Source: Tubulanus polymorphus
Lineage: Eukaryota; Animalia; Nemertea
Direction: 5' to 3'
DNA: 64,000 bases
Assembly: GCF_964204645.1 (NCBI RefSeq)
Contig: NC_134030.1
Span: 15,128,110 to 15,192,109, forward strand
A program made the translations under genes and the position numbers. Each line of letters starts with the position of its first letter. Within the stretch, counting starts at the first letter, position 1. Under the pieces are notes generated by a model. The model searched no databases and was not told the origin of the DNA. It saw only the letters and a list, made by a program, of their open reading frames with translations. Shown piece by piece: positions 1-11,942 of this stretch.

Positions 1-489
1 ATCACTATTACTTATTCTTTTAATTCTAGATGGTTCTAAATTACTCAGTTAAATTACTCGTCTAATATTTTATTTTGATTTTCATAAGAGATATCAATAT
101 AATAATCATCTTTCAAATGATAATTATATTCACCATTATCTAAAAGTTTTAATTCTCTTACTAAAAGTCTAGCACCTCTATCATTTATATTATATCCAGA
201 TTTTTCAAATATAGGTTTGAAATTATAAATATATTCATTATATTCTAAATTTTGTTTTACTTAATCTGGATTTTCATTTTCAGAATTTATTCTCGATCTA
301 GTTTTTTATTAACTCGTCTGTTGACGGGGCTTTAGAACTACTATCTGCTAAATTAGAATTATATGCTGATCCATCATCATTATCCATATTAGTTTCATTA
401 AAATCAGGTTGTGGTTCATCAGGTATAAATCCTTCATTATTATTTCCCATTTCTCCCATTTCATAAGCTTCTCCAACTTCTAGATCCAT
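1..489 (-). pseudogene. Viral-module hypothetical protein with an acidic N-terminus, frameshifted near 295
   Basis: ORF 298..489 (MDLEVGEAYEMGEM...); coding-like sequence continues in another frame (NLEYNEYIYNFKPIFEKSGYNINDRGARLLVRELK) toward base 1. Confidence 0.45.
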
Positions 490-558
490 TTATATCATAT
501 AAAAATTAAAATTTAAAATATAATATTCCTCAAATTACAATTCCTATACAAGTTATAG

Positions 559-1852
559 CTAATTTGGTATATCATGTTGAATAATATCAGATTTTATATT
601 TTCTGACGTATCATAATCTTTTATTTTAGAATCATTATTTAATTTGATATTTTTAGTTTTAGTTTCTGTTGATTGAATATGTTTTTTAATTTTTTCACCT
701 TCCATTAGTTTTGGAGCGGTAATAATCTTTTTATTTATGTCATTTAATTCAAATGAATTATTTATTGTTGCAGTCTTAATTAAATTATTATAACAATTAT
801 ATTTCCCATCTTTAATATTAAAATCATCAGAAATAATAAATAAATTAGGTCCTATACAATAACTTAATCTTACATGAGATTTATCTAAATAATTTTTATA
901 CCTGACTATATTTTCTGGAATCGATATATTTTTATTATTATGAATGGAATCTTCAAATAAAACTTTAAATTGTTTTTGTGTATCAAATGATGTATTTAAA
1001 TTTCCAATTATCGGGTATCTTGTTTCAACTTGAGCACCTAGGATACATATCAAATAAGTTCTAATTGATTGATTTATTCTTTGTATACCTGATTTTGTAA
1101 ATCCTTCACTATTTTCTAAAATAAAATAATCCCAACCATTATTGTTTTCTTGTTTTAAATTATCATCGAATTTCGGTAATTTTTTTCAAATTTAATGTTT
1201 CTAAATCCTTAGTTTCTATTTTACCATAACCTAATTTATCATTATAGATATTATAAAAGCTATAAGATGGTATGGGAAGTGTACAATATGCTGCAACATT
1301 TTCTGGGCAAGGAACTGATCTTATTGTTCCAATTTTTGTTCTAAAATCAGAATGATTTATATCTATATCAAATTCATTACAAACTTTATAAAACTTTGAT
1401 AAATTAATATTATTATCTAATTCTTTAAAATATCTAGACCCTGGCAAAGGAGTCTCTAATTCATTTAATATTAATCTTATTTGAAAATAAGTATGGAATC
1501 TAAATAAACTTTGAATTAATTCATATTTTGAATTATTCAAATGATCATTCCAACTAATTCCACATCCTGTTGTTGCACAATAAACAGCAAAATTTAATTG
1601 GTTCTGCCAATACTTCATATTAGATTTTAATAATCGTTGTTTTTCATCTTTCAATTTTTCAAGATTAATTAAATATACATGAAATATATTTTCCATCTTT
1701 GCATTAAAATTATTAGTTTCAGTAACATAAATATCTAAATTAATTAATGAATTTAAAACTTCATTTCTATATGAAATATCTTTATTAAAATCTATTGCAG
1801 GAATATTATATTTAATTGATTTATTATATTGAAAAGCTTTTGGAAACCCCAT
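559..1852 (-). pseudogene. Hypothetical protein of Polinton-like elements (YWQNQLNFAVYCATTGCGIS motif), split by a frameshift near 1160
   Basis: ORFs 1163..1852 and 559..1053 are joined by readable sequence (GWDYFILENSEGFTKSGIQRINQSIRTYLICILGAQ...). Family recognition is from memory. Confidence 0.6.
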
Positions 1853-1868
1853 TTATATAATAAGAAAA

Positions 1869-2222
1869 TTAATAATTTACTAATTCTTTTAATAATTTAT
1901 CTTGTTCTTCAACTGTTATATTACCATTTTATTATATAATCTAATGTATTTTTTAATCTATTAATTTCTTTTATATTAGATTTTATTTTTTCTTAGCTAA
2001 AGGTGTTAATGGTGAGAATAATGCTAGAAATGTTATAACAGAACTAATTGTAACTGAACCACTGATAATAAAAAAGTATATAGATTTATTTTTTAAATAT
2101 TTTTTCTTTTTAACTTTTAAATCATTTTCAAATTCTAATATTTGTTTTTCCAAATATGTTTTCAGTTTAGTTTTATTTATATCATGAGGAATAATATTAA
2201 CACCATCAACTTTATCATCCAT
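1869..2222 (-). pseudogene. Small viral-module membrane protein (basic stretch then hydrophobic segment), frameshifted
   Basis: ORF 1983..2222 (...KKKKYLKNKSIYFFIISGSVTISSVITFLALF); coding-like tail to about 1869; TAAATAAATG start context. Confidence 0.45.
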
Positions 2223-2238
2223 TTATTTAGAAAAAAAA

Positions 2239-2657
2239 TTACTAATTTTATATGCTACAAATATAACGATAACAGTTCCACCTAAAATCCAAATTATTTC
2301 ATATTGTTGTTGTTCTTTACTTGGGGAATAATAATCTGATAATTTGGGTTAGTATACATGTAATTTTTCTTTGTTTTTTACTGCGTTATATAATCTCATA
2401 GCATCATCGACTGATTGAAAATCTCTATGTGTAATTTTCTGGTTATATAATTCTTTATTGATGTATTCCATATAGTTTGTCTTTTTTCTCTATATTCTTC
2501 TGCTGCATTATTTAATTTCTCTAACGCTAAATTTATGCCTCTTCTGTTCTGTTAATGATCCATTTTTGTCAATATGTTTAAATAAATATCCACCACCAGT
2601 AAATGCTAAAGCGTTAACAATTGTCGATCCTATAATAGTTATAATTGCAGATGCCAT
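2239..2657 (-). pseudogene. Small viral-module protein (MASAIITIIGSTIVNALAFTGGGYLF...PKLSDYYSPS...C-terminal hydrophobic segment); missing from the ORF track
   Basis: Manual translation from ATG at 2657, with frameshifts and one stop; N- and C-terminal hydrophobic segments. Confidence 0.6.
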
Positions 2658-2674
2658 TTATTTAGTAAAAAAAA

Positions 2675-2905
2675 TTACGCATTTATATAGGAAGAATATA
2701 TTTTTGTTTTTCTAAATAATCAATAGTTAAATGAGATAAAGTAACTGCTAATGTTAATTATAAAAAATATCATTGATATCAAATTTATCAACATTAATAC
2801 TTCCCATTTTGAATACTTTTTTAATACCATTGAATAATCAACAGTTCCAACTGATAGTAAGGCACCATTATATAATCCAGTTATTATCCACTTATTATCA
2901 CTCAT
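2675..2905 (-). pseudogene. Small hydrophobic viral-module protein (MSDNKW..LYNGALL..KFDINDI..DYLEKQK), frameshifted
   Basis: ORF 2720..2905 plus a shifted continuation to the stop at 2675-2677; TAATAAATG start context. Confidence 0.5.
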
Positions 2906-2908
2906 TTA

Positions 2909-3247
2909 TTAATCAAAAAAATTACTATCTTCAAAATATTTAGTTAACTTAGTTATGATTATTTCAACATTTATTTCATTACTACTTTTATGATTATCAT
3001 ATATTTCAGTTATTATTCTTTTAATATCATCGATAATTCCATCTTCATTTAATTCATAATATTTTAAAGGTGTTTTGATTAAATCAATTACTTTTTCTAT
3101 ATCATAATTTCCTTTATTAATCATTGATGCATTATTAAATGATTTACGTTTAATATCAGTAATTAAATCATTTAGTTTATTTCTCATTTCTTTACCATGT
3201 TTAAAATCAAACCCAAAACATAGACTCGGTCCAACAGTAATATTCAT
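2909..3247 (-). CDS. Hypothetical 112-aa protein of the viral module
   Basis: Open ORF, co-oriented with its neighbours and preceded by TAATTTTTCACTATATAAAT. Confidence 0.45.
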   Translation of the reverse strand: MNITVGPSLCFGFDFKHGKEMRNKLNDLITDIKRKSFNNASMINKGNYDIEKVIDLIKTPLKYYELNEDGIIDDIKRIITEIYDNHKSSNEINVEIIITKLTKYFEDSNFFD

Positions 3248-3264
3248 ATTTATATAGTGAAAAA

Positions 3265-3768
3265 TTACTCTTTACATCTTATAACTAATTCATAAATTAC
3301 AGGGAAATTATTTAAATCAATTAAGTATCCATTGTGATTTCTAATTTCTATTCTAAAATTATCAAATTGAGGAATGCATGGTTAGAAATCACACTCAGCT
3401 AAATTATAATTTATTTGAGTTCCAAATTCTTTAACATTCTTCAATGGTAAAATATTCAATAAACCAGAATTACAAATTGTATCTTTAGTTGCTTCAAATG
3501 TTTTTGTAGGATCAATTAAATTGCAATCAATATAAAAGTGTGTAAAGGGTATTAAGTTTGGTGTAGCATCAGCATTACGTATCCTTATATCTGGGTTAAT
3601 TCCTAAAATTTTAGCTAAAGGTTTTTTAACTAGAAATTGATGTTGATCTTCATTGCCTAATTTCATTCTTACTTTATCAGAGCTATCACTTTTAATAAGT
3701 CTTAATCCAAATCCAGCAGATCCACCCATTTGCACATAGTTTTTTGATAACCAACATAAACAATTCAC
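3265..3768 (-). pseudogene. Penton/minor capsid protein-like C-terminal half, with an in-frame stop at 3382
   Basis: Reads ...LAKILG...PFTHFYIDCNLID...LLNILPL...FGTQINY...*PCIPQFDNFRIEIRNHNGYLIDLNNFPVIYELVIR, a pattern typical of Polinton single jelly-roll minor capsid C-termini. Confidence 0.55.
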
Positions 3769-5697
3769 TCAACAATGTAGGAAAATAGGTGAAACTAAAA
3801 TTACAGCCTATTGCATTTTTCACATCTCAAGCTAAAAGAAGTTTTCTCTATCAAGTGAAATTTCTGATTTCAAAATTACGTGAACATCTCAACACTGCAC
3901 TTTTATACGCTAATCGTATGATCTTTTATAATAAGTTGGTAATTTCATTTCAACCAAACTGTATAACTATGAAATAAGATTTTTATTAGGGTATCACTTC
4001 TAGCAGGCGACTAAAGGATTCAATATTCATTAACGAACAAGCAGAGAACAGCCTGACAAAGTGAACATCACATGGATTACTTAACAAGAGCCCCAAGGGG
4101 CACTATGGCCAGCCTGTCAGCTTTTCACAAATATGGCAAATGATGCATTCTGTGGGTTATATTTGTCAAAATTCACTGGGCCCAGCTCAGAGTCAATACC
4201 CGTTATGATTAACACAATACAATTGTGTTTTCATAAGTAGCACAGACAGCGACTGGAGCTTGAAATTGAATTGGATTTGATGTTTTTATTTGTTCAATAA
4301 AGTAAAATTGAATTGGATTTGATATATTTTTGCGGAATAAACTTTGATTGAATTTGTAGTTTGAGCACATGGCTAATTAGCATATCAAGGTCATCTATCC
4401 GATTTAAGAAAAAGCTATTTTTCCCGGACTGCACAATGGTCAATGATATCTTCCATAGTGCTAATGAAAATATTCCTCCCAAAAACCAAATCAACTAAAG
4501 CTCTCGAAATACAATTTTAGATCTTAAAATAAAACCCGGAAGTAAAACGGTAGACGATACCGCGGGTTCACGTGAACACCTGCTGATTTCTGCGGCTATG
4601 CCAATCATAGAGGAGCCTTAGCTTTCTGATTGGCTGTTCAAAACCAATATTTTTGCGAACAGATATTCGCGAAAAAGCACATATAAATCTTAACGAGGCC
4701 CTCTTTCAAAATTCAGCTACGTAGAGTTTGGAGGATGGATAATGCTGTAATGAATGATTTGTATGAATATATGCTCAGTTGCACAGACAAAGAGCCTTTG
4801 CTCTGGAAACCATGTCATTCGCTCCACTTGTAATAGGCTCAGCCTAAGTCCAGTTGGTCATTGAAAGTAAAACGCATTTCTCTGTTTCGAAGATCTTTCG
4901 ATTACTGACTGTAAATAGCTTTGTGACGGACTTTTGTGATACAATGATAGTAACGTGCAACATCAGACATCAGAGCAGTGTTCAGGCAATAACACAACAC
5001 AAATACAGTTACCCTTGTCAACCAAAAGAAAAAAAATTATCATCATCCAAAATAAGTGTTGAGGTGTTACTGAGATTATATATTTGTCCACATAAAAATT
5101 TAACCAATTCATCTTCATGTTTCAGTTATACTAACAAACAAAAAATATAAACCTATGAAAATGAAAATTGCAGATTAAACCTTTTGTATGGTCGAAATAG
5201 TTTGTTGCGAACAAAGTATAGATAACGCACTGTACTGTAAGTAGATATATATGACTAATTAACCTTAGACATTTTCTCTGAGAAGTGTACCGTATTCGAA
5301 TACTTCTAGTACGAAATGAAACTAAAATTGATTTATGCTGATTGGAACTAGATGCCTAGAAAAAAAAGAATTGTGAATCATACTAAACCGGCGATAACTT
5401 TTTGATTGTACGGTAGTATCTTATATCCAAATTCCTTTAATTTTCTATCATCTTCATCTGACCACTAATTCGAGACAAAGAAGCAACCTATATTACCTTC
5501 GGCTGACAAAAAGTTACCGTAATGCATTGTATCCACTGAAACAGCAGCAATGTTCACGAACAGTACGGCCATCTCGTCACAGGTGTAGTTGAATACGATC
5601 TTCTCGTGAGGTCCACGTTCCAGTCACAATCAATAGTTTAACAGCTTCATCTGTACTGGTGTGAGTCACGAGGACTTAAATTCGGGTCCTCCCCATC

Positions 5698-6092
5698 TGT
5701 AACCGGCTGGTTGTTGTATCGGCAGGCTGGCTGGGGAACTAGCATTTAGACCAGCGGTACAGGATTCCATCCATCGCGAACAACAAGGCAGTTAAACCTT
5801 ATTATATGTACAATCTTTATTGCATCCCGGAATGAGAATGATTATCATAACTTTTCATATTTCATAGTCTTTATATACAGAATCATGAGTATAATGTGAG
5901 AACTAGGTGTCAGACAAGTTGTAGACATCAGGACTCACAAACTAACACCTACTGACATATTTGAGAGACATTAATTAATTATTGATGAGCACTGACAAAG
6001 AGCTAATTACTATGAAAACATATTGAGTAATGTCACATGTTGATTACGATTAGGCTAAAGCACATATTGATACTATATTCATTAGTTATTTA

Positions 6093-6094
<2 letters not shown>
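5698..6094 (-). mobile_element. Probable retrotransposon LTR (about 397 bp), with a stub of internal sequence toward about 5400
   Basis: TGTAA...TTACA termini, internal minus-strand AATAAA near 5820, and GATGGGGAGGACCCG (PBS-like TGG) directly after the 3' end on the minus strand. Confidence 0.4.

Positions 6095-6160
<66 letters not shown>
6095..6160. repeat. (TTA)n microsatellite
   Basis: About 22 perfect units read directly. Confidence 0.95.
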
Positions 6161-6161
<1 letters not shown>

Positions 6162-6614
6162 GCATTTCATATAGTAAGAGATATGAAATATTATGAACCA
6201 TTCGATATGAAATTGTTGATATATATGATTATGAAATATGTGACTTGTATAAGGGTGACACAACCAACCTATTACAGCCGTGTGACTGCATCTAGGGTTC
6301 ATGTACCATATTGGGTAATGTCTATATCAACTTTGCTTGAGAAGATATCACATGGCCTAGCTCAATCAGTTTTCATAGTTCATACCTGATTTTGGTCTAG
6401 GACAAAATGAAATGGCAGTTGAACTTACTCATCGAATCTCAATCAATTTTACTCTGTATTGAAGATAGCCAAAAGTCTTCACTGAATGGGGCGGAATAGA
6501 AAAAAGTGACTCCATAATTCGAATGTTTAACATGTATTTCCATGCCTACATAGAATGATTTTTGCCGATTTTGATTTGAAAAAAACTTCATTTAGTAGGC
6601 ATTTTATGACTTGC

Positions 6615-6822
6615 AGGACGCTCCCCCAAAGCCTATTGGTATTATGTTGTTATAATATGTTATACTAGGTGTGTTATATAGAAATATTCACTTGAATTTG
6701 ACTTGGGAAATTTTTCTTTCTTGTTAATTCACCATAGGAGGCTCTCCCAAAGCCTATTGATATCATGTTATTATAATGTGTTATACTAGGTGCGTTATAT
6801 AGAAATATTCACTTGAATTCGA
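6615..6822 (+). repeat. 121-bp tandem duplication; the second copy is split by the Merlin element and resumes at 21977-22015
   Basis: CAAAGCCTATTG at 6627 and 6748; the copy-1 tail GAATTTGACTTGGGAAATTTTTCTTTCTTG reappears after 21976. Confidence 0.9.
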
Positions 6823-6974
6823 GGTGCACCTTTACTATACCTAGCACACCAAGTTTATATTGCTTACTATACTACATCTTTCATGTCTGTTGGAACTACT
6901 TTTTCTGGATGCATGAAACTTGCATGTTGCTTGATAGATGGCGCATGCATAGTTAAGTAGCGGACCAAGAAATA

Positions 6975-7438
6975 CTCGCGAATTCCGATCACGAACTCCT
7001 GTTAGACCATCAATGGCGGAGCATGTGAGATAACTTGTTTTTCTACGGGATCGATGAAGCAGTAGGCGAAGACGCGGAGAAAAGGTGAAGGAGTTCTGCA
7101 AGAACGATCTTAGACTAGAGGTCGAAGTAGTCCAGTCTATCGACTTTGCGAGAGTTCACCGGCTCGGGCGTCCGAGAAGTGATCAGAAAAAACCTCGCGG
7201 TATCGTAGCGAAATTTGAACATTTCAAAGACCGAGAACTTGTTCGATCCGTGGCGAAAAACTTAACCGGAAAATCGAAGGGATTGAGCGAACAAGTGCCG
7301 AAAGAGTGGGCCGATCGTCGGCGCGAGAAACTACCCGAACTCAGGGCTGCGAAGGCCAGCGGGAAAAATGCGTACTTCGTTAAGGATAAGCTCGTTATCC
7401 GCGATCGTCGGGACCGCGCTCCCATGGACAGCAATTAG
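6975..7438 (+). pseudogene. LINE ORF1 C-terminal part (L1-ORF1/Transposase_22-like RRM and CTD)
   Basis: RSM*DNLFFYGIDE...RVHRLG...PRGIVAKFEHFKDRELV...AYFVKDKLVI. Confidence 0.8.
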
Positions 7439-7508
7439 GATGCGGCGGAGGGAACTATACGCATCGAATGTCTCGAACGAATAGTGTTGCTCTGGAAAGG
7501 TCGGTGCT

Positions 7509-10500
7509 ATGCTCTGGACTCTCTATGTAGATAGTTTTACTCTTTTCTGTGATTATCCTGATGTAAATAGTGAGATTAATGATCGTGATGTAAATAATGA
7601 CTCAGATGTAAATAGTGAAAATAATGATTATGATGTAATTGATAATTTAATTGAAGATGTCTCCCCTCTTAAAAACGGTGAAGGTATCCAATTAGACACT
7701 TATTATGCTAGTATTAGTGAAGAAAACAAATTAGACGTCGATAATAATCAACCAATCAAAAGTATCAACTTTGCGAGTCTCAATATATGTGGTATTAATA
7801 GTAAACTCGGTGTCCCGGAATTTGAAGATTTTATTCGGAGCTATGATCTCATTTGTTTATCTGAAACCCACCTCGACGATGTAGATGGGAATCTAAGTCA
7901 TGATTTGCCTGATTCATATGTATCACATTTTAAAAACAGGGAGAAAATTTCGAACAGGAAATCGGGTGGAATCGGTATCATTTATAGGCGTTGTTTAGAT
8001 AGTATGATAGATCCAATACTTACTGAGTGCCCATTTGTATCTTGGTACTGTTTAGATAAGGATTTGTTTAAGTTCAATAAAAACATACTTTTAGGAGTGG
8101 TTTATATTCCCCCTGAAACAAGTAAATATTATTCGAATAGAGCAATTAGTGAAATAGAGTTGGAATTATTACAGCTAAAGATTGAAAACGATTTTAACGT
8201 GCTAATTACGGGTGTCTTTAATGCTCACATCTCATGTGTACCAGACTTTCTAGAACCTGATAACCAGACAATAGAGGACGATTTACACCCTGCTATTGAC
8301 TCACAGCTTTTAATTAACTTAGATATCCCAGCTATTAGAAACAATCAAGACAAAAGAACTAATAATACCGGCTATCAGCTAATTGATCTTTGTAAGAACC
8401 ATTCTTTGATTATACTTAATGGCAGATGTGGTGGTGACCAGTCTGGTAATTATACTTTTAGGGAAACTAGTGTTATTGATTATTTTGTATGTGATATTGA
8501 CCTTTTTGAATCTGTTTATGATTTCCAGATTAAGCCATTTGAATCTTTACTGTCTGATGGGCACAGTCCACTTAGACAATGTTTACTTAAGAATTCTAAG
8601 GTCCCTATTGTTGCTGATAATGAGAACCATGAACAAGTAAACGAAAAGCCTTCAATTAGGTAGGACAATGATAGATCGGATCAGTTTTTCATGAAAGTTG
8701 AATCTAAATTGTGTGATATTGGCCTTAATGATCTACTTTTGAATGGACTACAGGACCTAGTTAGCCAGTCTCCGAACAATATAAATGAGCTCACTGATAG
8801 ATTTGTATCTTCCTTGTTAGAAAGTGCAGAAGAATGTAATTTGATGTATCACAGGAAAAGTAGGAGTCGTAGAACTCCAGTTCGTAATAAGTGGTATGGC
8901 CGGAGCTGTAGGGATGCGCGAAAAGAATAAAATTATAGGAAAAGCCGTTATAGGGGCCGTCCAACCCCTTCTAACTTTGACGCTCTTAAAAACTCATCCA
9001 AGAAATACAAAAGAATTATCCGAGAAAGTAAGAAAAAACAAAAAAAAGCTTTTATCAAAGAACTAAGAGATTGCGAAATCAATAATCCGAAAAAGTACTG
9101 GGCGATGCTAAATTCCGCGACTGGTGCAAAACAGAGTAATGCTAATATTGATATTGATATCTTCTTCGAACATTTTATGCAACTAAATGATTTAAACGAT
9201 GCAAACGGAATAAACGATCATTCAGAACATACGGGTGATGAACCTCCTGTCTATGACAATCATATTCTTAACTGCGACATAACTGTCGATGAATTAACTA
9301 AAGCTATCTCTTTCTTAAAAAACAATAAGGCTTCTGGTATCGATGGAATCACTAATGAGTTATTAAAATTTAGCCGTTATCCCTGTTTGGTTAACATACT
9401 ACAAAACCTATTCAATCTAGTATTTAAAACTGGACATGTTCCAGAAACATGGTCCGTTGGAGTAATCAAACCTATTTTTAAGAAGAAAGGCGAACCCACT
9501 AATCCTGATAATTATCGAGGTATTACGTTAGTTAGTTGTCTAGGTAAATTGTTCACTAGTATACTTAATCATAGACTGTCAGCTTTCCTAGATTCAAATG
9601 ATATAATTAGCGAGGCCCAAGCCGGTTTTAGACCAAAATATTCAACTACGTATTGATCATATTTATACACTGAAAACTATTGTCGAATTGTCAGGGAAGG
9701 AGACTTTTTTGCGCCTTTGTTGATTTTAAGAAGGCTTTTGACTCGGTTTGTCGAGTTACATTGTGGAGAAAATTAATCGATAGTAGCATAACGGGGAATT
9801 TCTTAAATATAGTAAAAAATATCTATAACTCGGTTAAGTCATGTGTTAAATTTAACGGTAACACATCACAATACTTTGCTGCAGATAGAGGCTTACGACA
9901 AGGCGAAAACTTATCACCAATTATATTTTCCCTATTTCTAAACGATATTGATACGCGCAGTAATCCAACTTTGTCATTTATTGAAAAACTGAATCTTAAT
10001 TGTGATCCAGAACTAGGGACTTTACTTATTCATTATCCTTTATGCAGATGACACAGTCATTCTTGCTGAAGATGAAAAATCTCTCCAGTTACATCTAGAT
10101 ACACTATTTGAATATTGCGCCGACAATGGCCTTTCAGTGAATGTTGATAAAACTAAAATATTAGTCTTCGCTAGAAGTAAAAGTAGGATCAAGTAAATTT
10201 CTAGAAAATTTATGTTTGGTAACCAAGAGTTAGGGGTAGTTGAAGATTATTTGTATCTTGGAGTAAAATTCAACTGGAATGGCAGTTTCGCTAAAGCAAA
10301 AAAATGTCTTTATGATAAAGCTATGAGAGCCATGTTTTCTATTATTCAGAAGGGTAGACGTTCCGATAGATGTAAGGCTTAACGTATTTGACATGTGTGT
10401 CGCTCCTGTAGCACTATACGGCTGCGAAATCTGGGGTTATGAGAATCTCGATTTACTAGAAAACCTCCACTGCTTATTCTGTAAAATTATTATGAAAGTT

Positions 10501-11193
10501 ACGAAATATTCCCATAATGTGCAAGTGCTGGCAGAGCTAGGGCGTTATCCTATGTATATTGACGTAAAGCGTAGAATGATCAATTTTTGGGCTAAAACGG
10601 TATCGTGCAAGCAAACTAAACTAAGTTCAATCCTTTATAAAATATCCCTCAATTTATATATTAATGACAGGTTTAAGAGCCCCTGGCTGTTATTTATTAA
10701 GAAGATTTTTGATGACTGCGGTCTATCGTATATTTGGACGCAGCAATTAATGGTTAACTCTATGACACTCTCAAAGAAATTAAAATGTGTACTCCGAGAC
10801 CAGCACGTACAAGAGATAGATTTTAAGTTGAATAATAACTCGCTATACACTAATTCTAGGCAATATAAGAAGGATATTAAATTTGAAAACTATATTAATC
10901 AGCTTGATGACGATTTAGTGACCAGTTAATTCCAGTTCAGGATTGGGTCTTATCTCCTACCTGTAAATAGATTATCAAACCTTCATTTACCCAGAACCGA
11001 TAGATTATGCCCCGCCTGCAACGTTTTATGAGACGAAGTACATTTTATTTTCGATTGTAATTTGCTTACCGAACCCCGTGAAAACCACTTAGATATAAAT
11101 ACCTTTCGGAACTTAGATGTATTAAAAAATCCAACTTTAAATATGACTAAATTCATCAAAATAGGTCTCGATGTATATAAATCCCTCCGGTAG
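7509..11193 (+). pseudogene. LINE ORF2 (apurinic endonuclease + reverse transcriptase), multiple stops and frameshifts
   Basis: SLNICG, LSETH, SGGIG, SVIDYF, SDGH endonuclease motifs; NYRGITL, AFVDFKKAFD, GLRQGENLSP and LYADD (about 10020-10032) RT motifs. Confidence 0.92.
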
Positions 11194-11394
11194 TGTATGT
11201 ATTGTAAATATATGTATTGTAAATAGTAAATAGTATATTTTGTACATAAGTGTGAGACCAGTTAATTAAGTTTTGTAGCTTTTATTACTGTTTATGTAAT
11301 TATTGTAAATACTGTTTTCCTCCATATACCATGGAAATGGTTGGAGTGTGTAAATAAATATTCGTATTCGTATTCGTATTCGTATTTGGTTTTT

Positions 11395-11670
11395 GGTTTT
11401 TAGTAGGCGGCGCTGTAAGAGCGGTCTCGACGTGTCTTCAACATTGCCGATATCACCGTCGTTCGGTTTTTAGTAGGCGGCGCTGTAAGAGCTGTCTCGG
11501 CGTGTCTTCAACATTGCCGATATCGCCGTCGTTCGCTTTTTAGTAGGCGACGCTGTAAGGGCGGTCTCTGCGTGTCTTTAACATTGCCGATATCGCCGTC
11601 GTTCGCTTTTTAGTAGGCGGCGCTGTAAGAGCGGTCTCCGCGTGTCTTCTGTCGATATCGCCGTCGTTCG
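11395..11670. repeat. GC-rich 70-bp tandem repeat, about 4 copies, inside the Merlin element
   Basis: TAGTAGGCG at 11401, 11471, 11541 and 11611. Confidence 0.92.
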
Positions 11671-11942
11671 GGTAGCCAGTTGTAGCTTCGATGAACGTTG
11701 CTGAACATCACTGAATTTAAAACCATAAGTGAATCAACCGAAATTTTTGACGAATCCTATGCAAAGCAATATTTTATTTATTGTATTACCCGTATTTCGT
11801 ACGTTAATTTTTTAAAATGTAAAACATTGTTTAGAAAAAGTAATCAAGTTTCATTAAATGGAAAAAGATTGAGATATGTACAATGCGTGGTAAATAAATC
11901 AGAAAATTAAAAGATATCAACAAAAATATCAACATATATATA

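Larger units (their letters stand above)
1..3768 (-). mobile_element. Decayed endogenous Polinton/Maverick- or adintovirus-like element (structural/accessory gene module), running off the left edge of the window
   Basis: Very AT-rich block with about 7 intronless, tightly packed, co-oriented ORFs; a penton-like C-terminus; small membrane-protein genes of a type I recall from invertebrate Polinton-like elements; shared motif before the starts. No TIR, pPolB or integrase in the window. Confidence 0.65.
6975..11386 (+). mobile_element. 5'-truncated non-LTR retrotransposon, RTEX-like
   Basis: ORF1 C-terminal part, APE+RT ORF2, 3' stem-loop, AATAAA and (TATTCG)n tail at 11359-11386. The 5' junction is approximate. 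Confidence 0.85.

Noticed and set aside
3700-4100. Polinton terminal inverted repeat at the right boundary
   Set aside because: No AGT/AG-repeat terminus is visible; the element appears truncated within the penton-like gene.
6090-6302. Poly-Ile ORF
   Set aside because: It is the translation of the (TTA)n microsatellite.
7440-7760. 2A-like (GDVExNPGP) peptide before LINE ORF2
   Set aside because: The motif was not seen here or before the other two ORF2s.
11395-11670. Regularly spaced repeats resembling a CRISPR array
   Set aside because: The whole 70-bp unit repeats with no unique spacers, there are no cas genes, and the context is eukaryotic.
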